From assembly GCA_051294905.1 (NCBI GenBank), contig CM119372.1, forward strand, positions 21,206,001 to 21,266,000: a stretch of DNA of 60,000 nucleotides, in the 5' to 3' direction. Source of the stretch: Botryllus schlosseri. Lineage: Eukaryota. Both the position numbers and the translations under genes were made by a program. Below the pieces are notes generated by a model that saw only the letters and a list, made by a program, of their open reading frames with translations, did not search any database and was not told the origin of the DNA. Position 1 is the first letter of the stretch. Each line of letters starts with the position of its first letter. Shown piece after piece: positions 24,301-36,300 of the stretch.

Positions 24301-27300
24301 AATGATAGTGCCAAATTAGCCGCATGAAAGCGAGTCTAATGAATATAACGACAGACACCAAGTTAGTTGAAAAGTAAAACTAATCGTGACCGATGCAAGA
24401 CGGATTGAAACAGCGCTTTCGCTCGATTCTTGTAGTGACCACATTTCATACGGTTCAGTCCTTTTCATGTCACTAGAATAAGGGTGAATAAACCGACAGT
24501 GAAACGCCGCCGACGTCTTATAACGTAATAATGTAAGCTGCGTCGGGTGCTGCTATAATGTTAGGAGCGAATATAGTAGAAAGTCCACGTCTGGACACCT
24601 GTAAGCAGCTGCGCATACTACCGTAGTAAAACGCATAGCAGAATTCACGAAAAAGTCGATATTGCTTTGTGATGATTTTGATGTTGTTCCATACCGATTG
24701 GGAATATAGGACTCCTAATTCCTTAACTAACTACATAATCCCTAGTAACGTAGTCAGACGCATAACGGAATTTACGCAAATCGGTATTGCTCTGCGATAA
24801 TTTTGACCACTATGTTTTGATAATAACTTGCTTCCGAGAAATAGATAACATTCATTATACGTTAGATGATACTTTTCCTTTATATTCTATTATGTGTATT
24901 TAGGGCTAATGCGACATCACTATTGATCTTTTTCCTTTATATTCTATTATGTGTATTTAGGGCTAATGCGACATCACTATGTTGGCGACAGGCCTGATTT
25001 GAACACGCTAATTTTGCAAATTAAACTTATCACCCACCACGAACACTCAATGAAGAGCACCCTGGAGCACTCACATAAATGCTCCACAATTTGTGACGTA
25101 TAATATACTGAGCATATAATAAGCTGACAAAACTGATACTTGAGTACTCCGAAATGAACAAGTATTTTACCTTTACACGACGTTTTTGTAAAATGAATAC
25201 TAATGGTACGCGAATGATCATAGACTAAGCTTGCTTTCAGAGTTGGAAACTAAATGCATATGAAAATTTAACTATGTTTTCCCCTCACGCATCAGATGTA
25301 GGCCTACTCAAGTGTTTATGAGGCGGCGAAGAGTTCGAAGGTTGTTGGTATGCAAGGACGTCACATAGAATTGTGGAGTTTTCTGTAAACTATAATCCAG
25401 TGATCTATTTTCAATCACTATACTTTTATTAATCTAAACTAAGTACTGTTAGTAGGCAAATCCTAGAAAAGTATCCTCTGATAAAAGCAGGAGTAATTCG
25501 TTATCTGTGAAATAAATATATAGCGCGCAATATGAGCGGTGTTACGATGACTGACAAATACTTTGAATTAATGCATAGAAGTAGCGATTTCGAACTACGT
25601 AAAACGTTAGTCGAGCTCACGCATTTTCCATTTTCAAAAGTTGACGTTTTTTGTAAAATGAATAATAATTTTAATAAAAAATAAAAAAGAGCGAAAAATT
25701 ACATTTTATCTCGGAACGCAACAAGAAAAATCGTATGAACTTGTAAACTACTTATTTATGACATAATAATAATTCTACTTGTACACTTATTCACATTTTA
25801 TAACACTTTTAGTAATACTTAACGGTTTCAGTTTTAAATAAAACTCGGAATATAAACTAATCGAAAAATTCGGTAACCAATTTCGCGTAGGCTATGCATA
25901 CAGATGAGGGAAGTTACATCAACGCGTGTTAACTAGTTGTATTATGTAGCTTGTAATTCATGCAAGTTTCGAAACTTCTACACCGAGTCTTTTTAAAGTA
26001 GATAGAAACGAAAAACAATTACGCCTTAGCTATGCATACAAATGAGGAAAGTTCCATCAACGCGTGTTAACTAGTTGTATCGAGTTATCGAATGAGTTTT
26101 TTCCTTACATCAAAACAACTAGAATGTGTAACTACATTAAAAAACGTTCCTAACCCTTAACGCACCCGCGATAAATCGTACAAGCAACAAGTTTCGAGTA
26201 ATCGAAATCGCGCCCCCTGAATTCAAAGCTTATTTCGAGATCTAAGCTACTTTGAAAATGAGGATCCTAGGATTTGCTTGAGTTTCATCTATATTTTACA
26301 ATGCGTTTTCGCGTTCCAGAATGACTTATGTCAATGAAAAATAGCCATTGATCATGGTTTTGTTTTTGAAAGATGTCGCGATGCCGGTGAATTTTATAGT
26401 TCTTGTAAAAAGTTGTTTGTACACAATATATGTTTAAAGTAAGTCCTACGCATTCATGATTTCGTCCGAGTTCGTATTTTAGTAATATATACTAATTTAC
26501 GATAGCGCGTTTGTAACTTGTGCAAGTACAGGAATATCATAGTTCTTGAACCGTGCTCAATGCTTAATAGAGCATTTTTGCTATTTTTCATCGCCATAAG
26601 TCATTCTGGACCGCGTAAACGCATCGTACGATATAGATGAAAGTTATGCAAATCCTAGGATCCTCATTTTCAAAGTAGCTAAGATCTCGAAATAAGCTCT
26701 GACTTGCTATTCTCCTCAAAGCATGGAATTATCAAGAGTATCACCTTCGATCACTAAAGAAACGGATGAAATTATATTCGAAGCATATTCCTTGACCAGG
26801 AATTTTATCATGTACGAACTCGACGGCTCATGCGTTAAGGTAAATACGAAAGCAGAGAGAACCTTACGTCGAGTTGGGGATGAAATATTCGAGCGACATC
26901 GAACTGTCCTAAACGCAGTCTCCAAACGTCTCCGCTATTTGCACTTTTTCACATTTTATAACACCTTAAGTAGTACTTAACAGTTTTAGTTTTAAATAAA
27001 ATACGGAATATAAACTAATCGAAAAATTCGGTTTTTGGGTGCATCTGTTTTGCGGGGGCGTATAGCACGTAGCTATACATAGTCAACTTTAATAACTGAA
27101 TTACCATGCTTAACATTGAATCCCAACTCTAAACTTGATACGTAGATGTAGGACATTATGGCAATGCACCATGCTAAATTTCATCACACATCTAATGATG
27201 GAACACCTTTAAAACTAACGCAGTCGAATACCGACTTTTACGCGTATCTGTTTTGCGTGAACTTAGCATATACCTATACATAGTCAATTTTAATAGCAGA

Positions 27301-30300
27301 ATTACCGTGTTAAACATTGAATTCCCACCTTGAAAGTTGGTACGCGGTTATAGGACATTATAAAAATGCACCATACCAAATCCCATCAGACATTTCATGA
27401 TGGAACAACTTTAAAACTAACGCGGCTCTACATCGACTTTTTGCGTACATCTGTTTTGCGGGAGCGTATAGCACGTACCCATACATAGCCAACTTTAATA
27501 ACGGAATTACCATGCATTGAATCCCAACTCTAAACTTGATACGTAGTTGTAGGGCATTATGGCTATGCACCATGCTAAATTTCATCACACATCTAATGAT
27601 GGAACACCTTTGAAACTATCGCAGTCGAATACCGACTTTTACGCATATCTGTTTTTCGTGAACATAGCATATACCCATACATAGTCAATTTTAATAACAG
27701 AATTAGCATGCTAAACATTAAATTCTCACCTTGAACGTTGGTACGCAGTTGTAGGACATAATAACAATGCACCATACCGAATTTCGTCAGACATTTCATG
27801 ATGTAACACCTTCAAAACCAACGCAGTTCTATACAGACTTTTGGCTAAATCTGTTTTTCCGTAGCGTAGCACGTACCTAAACATAGTCAACTTTATTAAC
27901 GGAATTACCATGTTAATATTCGACTCCCTACCTTGAAACTCGGTACGCAGTTGTAAGACATTATGACAATGCACCATGTCAAATTTTGCAAGTACTTTAT
28001 CTTTACACGACGTTTTTTGTAAAATGAATACTAATTTTATTGAAAAAATAAAAAATAACAAAGAGCGAAAAATAACATTATATCCCGGAACGCAACAAGA
28101 AAAATCGTATGAATTTGTAAACTACTTGTTCATGACATAATAATAATTCTACTTGTACGCTTTTTCACATTTTATAACACTTTAAGTAATACTTAACAGT
28201 TTCAGTTTTAAATAAAAGACGGAATATAAACTAATCGAAAAATTCGGTAACCAATTTCGCGTAGGCTATGCATGCATACAAATGAGGAAAGTTACATCAA
28301 CGCGTGTTAAAGTAGCTGTATCGAGTTATCGAATGATTTTCTCCTTACATCAAAACAACTAGAATGTATAACTAAATTTAAAAACGTACCTAAATGAGCT
28401 CCAGGGCATTGTGATTATGCTGCATACCAAATTTCATCACACATTTCATGATGGAACAACATTAAAACTAACGCAGTTCTATAGCAACTTTTGCCTAAAT
28501 CTGTTTTCGGTAGCGTGTACATATACATAGTCAGAATTATCATGCTAATATGTGACTCCTCACCTTGAAACTTGGTACGTAGTTGTAGGACATTGTGATT
28601 ATGCAGCATACCAAATTTCCTCACGCATTTCATAATGGAACAACTTTAAAACTAACGCGGTTCTACATCGACTTTTTGCGTACATCTGTTTTGCGTGGGG
28701 GCGTATAGCACGTACCTATACATAGTTAACTTTAACAACGGAATTACCATGCTTAACATTAAATCCCAACTCGAAACTTGATACGTAGTTGTAGAACGTT
28801 ATGGCAATGCACCATGCTAAATTTCATCACACATCTAATGATGGAACACCTTTAAAACTAACGCAGTCGAATACCGACTTTTACGCATATCTGTTTTGCG
28901 TGAACATAGCATATACCTATACATAGTCAATTTTAATAGCAGAATTACCGTGTTAAACATTGAATTCCCACCTTGAAAGTTGGTACGCGGTTATAGGAGA
29001 TTATAACAATGCACCATACCAAATCCCATCACACATTTCATGATGGAACAACTTTTAAACTAACGCGGCTCTACATCGACTTTTTGCGTACATCTGTTTT
29101 GTGGGAGCGTATAGCACGTAGCCTACCCATACATAGCCAACTTTAATAACGGAATTACCATGCTTAACATTGAATCCCAACTCGAAACTTGATACGTAGT
29201 TATAGGACATTATGGCAATTCACCATGCTAAATTTCATCACACATCTAATGATGGAACACCTTTGAAACTATCGCAGTCGAATACCAACTTTTACGCATA
29301 TCTGTTTTTCGTGAACATAGCATATACCCATACATAGTCAATTTTAATAACAGAATTAGCATGCTAAACATTAAATTCTCACCTTGAACGTTGATACGCG
29401 GTTGTAGGACATAATAACAATGCACCATACCAAATTTCGTCAGACATTTCATGATGTAACACCCTTAAAACTAACGCAGTTCTATACCAACTTCGCGTGA
29501 ATCTGTTTGCGGGAGCGTAGCACGTACCTATGCGTGATCAACTTTAGTGATGGAATTACATATGTAATTAAGTTTCAACACTTTTACAATGATTCGTCTT
29601 GCTTCCTATAAAATCCCACTCGAGAAAATGCGTCGTAGGATATAGATGAAACTAGCACAACTCATCAAGACCGCTGAAAACAGTACATTTCAACATTTAG
29701 TAGCAGTAAATTTCTAGTAAAGTACAAGACGTGATGATTTCCGAGTGAGTTAAAAAGTAAGTATTGCAGGTATAGTTTACCTGAAAACCGAATACTCTGA
29801 AATAGAAGTAGATGCAGTGTAAATAGTTAATCACTTGATTAAGTTTAGTGCAAGCAGATAAAACCTATACTTGAGTAGTACAAAATGCACGAGTACTTCG
29901 CTATCGCCTCCCTCCACGTAATAAGTGTCTACGGTTTAAGACTGCTTTTACCGATACTCGTCGGTTTCAGTTTTAGATAGAATTCGGAAACCAAATAATT
30001 TCATAAACATAAGCTAATTTAATGAATTTACTCGAATGTACTATGCCGCGCTGATAAGATTAATTATAATATACTTATCATGTTACAGCGATTTTTCTAG
30101 CGTAGAAAATCTTTAAAATGTAGTAAGCAGGCCAAATGAAGATATTCGTTGAGGTGAATAAACATAAAAAATACTCTAGACTACTTTATCGGTACTTTAC
30201 AGTTACAGTTTTAGATAAAATTTGTCCCTTTCACCTATAATTACAACTCCTCGCTATCTAAACATGTTTAGAATATATTATTTGCGATGATACGAACCCG

Positions 30301-33300
30301 TGAAGTACTCAAGTTGCTTTTCGTAGGATATAGATGAAACTGACAACACTCACCAAGACCAGTGATCCACCGAAAAAAGTAAATTGTAGCAGTAAAGTCC
30401 CACTAAAGTACAAGAAGTCATGATTTCCCAGTCAGTTAAAAAGTAAGTATTGAGGTATAGTTTGGTCGAAAAAGCGAAAAACTCTGAAATAGAAGTAGAT
30501 GCAGTGTAAATAGGTAATCACTTCATTAAGTATAGCGCAAGCAGGCCAAACCTATACTTAAGTACTGCAAATGTACAAGTACTTCGCTATGTTCTCCTTC
30601 CACGTAAAAAGTGACTAGGTTTTAGAGTACTTTATCGGTACTCGACAGTTTCAGTGTTAGATAAAATTTGGTAAGACTTTAAATTTTAAAGTAGTTTGAG
30701 CTTACGTTTGTATCACCTTGACAAGTAACATTATCAGACATGAAAATGATACTATCACCGAATATAGAAGTTAACACGCGTCAATGTGTTTCGGAATTCA
30801 CGAGAAATTGCTTACTAAGAGAAGTATATTGTTGTATACATAATAGTGGAGAGAATATTTTAAATGTAGTAAGCAGGCCGATGGGTATTCGTTTAGTTGT
30901 ATAGGCATAAAAAACATTCCCGCGCGCGTCTTAGTATTAGGTGTTTTGTTTAAGAGCGCGCGGGAATGTTTTTTATGCCTATACAACTAAACGAATACCC
31001 ATCGGCCTGCTTACTACATTTTAAATATTCTCTCCACTATTATGTATACAACAATATACTTCTCTTAGTAAGCAATTTCTCGTGAATTCCGAAACACATT
31101 GACGCGTGTTAACTTCTATATTCGGTGATAGTATCATTTTCATGTCTGATAATGTTACTTGTCAAGGTGATACAAACGTAAGCTCAAACTACTTTAAAAT
31201 TTAAAGTCTTACCAAATTTTATCTAACACTGAAACTGTCGAGTACCGATAAAGTACTCTAAAACCTAGTCACTTTTTACGTGGAAGGAGAACATAGCGAA
31301 GTACTTGTACATTTGCAGTACTTAAGTATAGGTTTGGCCTGCTTGCGCTATACTTAATGAAGTGATTACCTATTTACACTGCATCTACTTCTATTTCAGA
31401 GTTTTTCGCTTTTTCGACCAAACTATACCTCAATACTTACTTTTTAACTGACTGGGAAATCATTACTTCTTGTACTTTAGTGGGACTTTACTGCTACAAT
31501 TTACTTTTTTCAGTGGATCACTGGTCTTGGTGAGTGTTGTCAGTTTCATCTATATCCTACGAAAAGCAACTTGAGTACTTCACGGGTTCGTATCATCGCA
31601 AATAATATATTCTAAACATGTTTAGATAGCGAGGAGTTGTAATTATAGGTGAAAGGGACAAATTTTATCTAAAACTGTAACTGTAAAGTACCGATAAAGT
31701 AGTCTAGAGTATTTTTTATGTTTATTCACCTCAACGAATATCTTCATTTGGCCTGCTTACTACATTTTAAAGATTTTCTACGCTAGAAAAATCGCTGTAA
31801 CATGATAAGTATATTATAATTAATCTTATCAGCGCGGCATAGTACATTCGAGTAAATTCATTAAATTAGCTTATGTTTATGAAATTATTTGGTTTCCAAA
31901 TTCTATCTAAAACTGAAACCGACGAGTATCGGTAAAAGCAGTCTTAAACCGTAGACACTTATTACGTGGAGGGAGGCGATAGCGAAGTACTCGTGCATTT
32001 TGTACTACTCAAGTATAGGTTTTATCTGCTTGCACTAAACTTAATCAAGTGATTAACTATTTACACTGCATCTACTTCTATTTCAGAGTATTCGGTTTTC
32101 AGGTAAACTATACCTGCAATACTTACTTTTTAACTCACTCGGAAATCATCACGTCTTGTACTTTACTAGAAATTTACTGCTACTAAATGTTGAAATGTAC
32201 TGTTTTCAGCGGTCTTGATGAGTTGTGCTAGTTTCATCTATATCCTACGACGCATTTTCTCGAGTGGGATGTTATAGGAAGCAAGACGAATCATTGTAAA
32301 AGTGTTGAAACTTAATTACATATGTAATTCCATCACTAAAGTTGATCACGCATAGGTACGTGCTACGCTCCCGCAAACAGATTCACGCGAAGTTGGTATA
32401 GAACTGCGTTAGTTTTAAGGGTGTTACATCATGAAATGTCTGACGAAATTTGGTATGGTGCATTGTTATTATGTCCTACAACCGCGTATCAACGTTCAAG
32501 GTGAGAATTTAATGTTTAGCATGCTAATTCTGTTATTAAAATTGACTATGTATGGGTATATGCTATGTTCACGAAAAACAGATATGCGTAAAAGTTGGTA
32601 TTCGACTGCGATAGTTTCAAAGGTGTTCCATCATTAGATGTGTGATGAAATTTAGCATGGTGAATTGCCATAATGTCCTATAACTACGTATCAAGTTTCG
32701 AGTTGGGATTCAATGTTAAGCATGGTAATTCCGTTATTAAAGTTGGCTATGTATGGGTAGGCTACGTGCTATACGCTCCCACAAAACAGATGTACGCAAA
32801 AAGTCGATGTAGAGCCGCGTTAGTTTAAAAGTTGTTCCATCATGAAATGTGTGATGGGATTTGGTATGGTGCATTGTTATAATCTCCTATAACCGCGTAC
32901 CAACTTTCAAGGTGGGAATTCAATGTTTAACACGGTAATTCTGCTATTAAAATTGACTATGTATAGGTATATGCTATGTTCACGCAAAACAGATATGCGT
33001 AAAAGTCGGTATTCGACTGCGTTAGTTTTAAAGGTGTTCCATCATTAGATGTGTGATGAAATTTAGCATGGTGCATTGCCATAACGTTCTACAACTACGT
33101 ATCAAGTTTCGAGTTGGGATTTAATGTTAAGCATGGTAATTCCGTTGTTAAAGTTAACTATGTATAGGTACGTGCTATACGCCCCCACGCAAAACAGATG
33201 TACGCAAAAAGTCGATGTAGAACCGCGTTAGTTTTAAAGTTGTTCCATTATGAAATGCGTGAGGAAATTTGGTATGCTGCATAATCACAATGTCCTACAA

Positions 33301-36300
33301 CTACGTACCAAGTTTCAAGGTGAGGAGTCACATATTAGCATGATAATTCTGACTATGTATATGTACACGCTACCGAAAACAGATTTAGGCAAAAGTTGCT
33401 ATAGAACTGCGTTAGTTTTAATGTTGTTCCATCATGAAATGTGTGATGAAATTTGGTATGCAGCATAATCACAATGCCCTGGAGCTCATTTAGGTACGTT
33501 TTTTAATTTAGTTATACATTCTAGTTGTTTTGATGTAAGGAGAAAATCATTCGTTAACTCGATACAGCTACTTTAACACGCGTTGATGTAACTTTCCTCA
33601 TTTGTATGCATGCATAGCCTACGCGAAATTGGTTACCGAATTTTTCGATTAGTTTATATTCCGTCTTTTATTTAAAACTGAAACTGTTAAGTATTACTTA
33701 AAGTGTTATAAAATGTGAAAAAGTGTACAAGTAGAATTATTATTATGTCATGAACAAGTAGTTTACAAATTCATACGATTTTTCTTGTTGCGTTCCGGGA
33801 TATAATGTTATTTTTCGCTCTTTGTTATTTTTTATTTTTTCAATAAAATTAGTATTCATTTTACAAAAAACGTCGTGTAAAGATAAAGTACTTGCAAAAT
33901 TTGACATGGTGCATTGTCATAATGTCTTACAACTGCGTACCGAGTTTCAAGGTAGGGAGTCGAATATTAACATGGTAATTCCGTTAATAAAGTTGACTAT
34001 GTTTAGGTACGTGCTACGCTACGGAAAAACAGATTTAGCCAAAAGTCTGTATAGAACTGCGTTGGTTTTGAAGGTGTTACATCATGAAATGTCTGACGAA
34101 ATTCGGTATGGTGCATTGTTATTATGTCCTACCACTGCGTACCAACGTTCAAGGTGAGAATTTAATGTTTAGCATGCTAATTCTGTTATTATTATTGACT
34201 ATGTATGGGTATATGCTATGTTCACGAAAAACAGATATGCGTAAAAGTCGGTATTCGACTGCGATAGTTTCAAAGGTGTTCCATCATTAGATGTGTGATG
34301 AAATTTAGCATGGTGCATAGCCATAATGCCCTACAACTACGTATCAAGTTTAGAGTTGGGATTCAATGCATGGTAATTCCGTTATTAAAGTTGGCTATGT
34401 ATGGGTACGTGCTATACGCTCCCGCAAAACAGATGTACGCAAAAAGTCGATGTAGAGCCGCGTTAGTTTTAAAGTTGTTCCATCATGAAATGTCTGATGG
34501 GATTTGGTATGGTGCATTTTTATAATGTCCTATAACCGCGTACCAACTTTCAAGGTGGGAATTCAATGTTTAACACGGTAATTCTGCTATTAAAATTGAC
34601 TATGTATAGGTATATGCTAAGTTCACGCAAAACAGATACGCGTAAAAGTCGGTATTCGACTGCGTTAGTTTTAAAGGTGTTCCATCATTAGATGTGTGAT
34701 GAAATTTAGCATGGTGCATTGCCATAATGTCCTACATCTACGTATCAAGTTTAGAGTTGGGATTCAATGTTAAGCATGGTAATTCAGTTATTAAAGTTGA
34801 CTATGTATAGCTACGTGCTATACGCCCCCGCAAAACAGATGCACCCAAAAACCGAATTTTTCGATTAGTTTATATTCCGTATTTTATTTAAAACTAAAAC
34901 TGTTAAGTACTACTTAAGGTGTTATAAAATGTGAAAAAGTGCAATTAGCGGAGACGTTTGGAGACTGCGTTTAGGACAGTTCGATGTCGCTCGAATATTT
35001 CATCCCCAACTCGACGTAAGGTTCTCTCTGCTTTCGTATTTACCTTAACGCATGAGCCGTCGAGTTCGTACATGATAAAATTCCTGGTCAAGGAATATGC
35101 TTCGAATATAATTTCATCCGTTTCTTCAGTGATCGAAGGTGATACTCTTGATAATTCCACGCTTTGAGGAGAATAGCAAGTCAGAGCTTATTTCGAGATC
35201 TTAGCTACTTTGAAAATGAGGATCCTAGGATTTGCATAACTTTCATCTATATCGTACGATGCGTTTACGCGGTCCAGAATGACTTATGGCGATGAAAAAT
35301 AGCAAAAATGCTCTATTAAGCATTGAGCACGGTTCAAGAACTATGATATTCCTGTACTTGCACAAGTTACAAACGCGCTATCGTAAATTAGTATATATTA
35401 CTAAAATACGAACTCGGACGAAATCATGAATGCGTAGGACTTACTTTAAACATATATTGTGTACAAACAACTTTTTACAAGAACTATAAAATTCTCCGGC
35501 ATCGCGACATCTTTCAAAAACAAAACCATGATCAATGGCTATTTTTCATTGACATAAGTCATTCTGGAACGCGAAAACGCATTGTAAAATATAGATGAAA
35601 CTCAAGCAAATCCTAGGATCCTCATTTTCAAAGTAGCTTAGATCTCGAAATAAGCTTTGAATTCAGGGGGCGCGATTTCGATTACTCGAAACTTGTTGCT
35701 TGTACGATTTATCGCGGGTGCGTTAAGGGTTAGGAACGTTTTTTTAATGTAGTTACACATTCTAGTTGTTTTGATGTAAGGAAAAAACTCATTCGATAAC
35801 TCGATACAACTAGTTAACACGCGTTGATGGAACTTTCCTCATTTGTATGCATAGCCTAGGCGTAATTGTTTTTCGTTTCTATCTACTTTAAAAAGACTCG
35901 GTGTAGAAGTTTCGAAACTTGCATGAATTACAAGCTACATAATACAACTAGTTAACACGCGTTGATGTAACTTCCCTCATCTGTATGCATAGCCTACGCG
36001 AAATTGGTTACCGAATTTTTCGATTAGTTTATATTCCGAGTTTTATTTAAAACTGAAACCGTTAAGTATTACTAAAAGTGTTATAAAATGTGAATAAGTG
36101 TACAAGTAGAATTATTATTATGTCATAAATAAGTAGTTTACAAGTTCATACGATTTTTCTTGTTGCGTTCCGAGATAAAATGTAATTTTTCGCTCTTTTT
36201 TATTTTTTATTAAAATTATTATTCATTTTACAAAAAACGTCAACTTTTGAAAATGGAAAATGCGTGAGCTCGACTAACTTTTTACGTAGTTCGAAATCGC

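Noticed and set aside
25315..25390. GRHIELWSFL resembling the start of an ETS domain (IQLWQFL)
   Set aside because: Immediately followed by a stop, and no further ETS motifs appear in any frame
27040..34843. Tandem arrays as a CRISPR array, or their ORFs (MKCLTKFGMVHC...) as a peptide gene family
   Set aside because: Units are homologous along their whole ~200-bp length with no unique spacers, the context is eukaryotic, and frames break inconsistently between units
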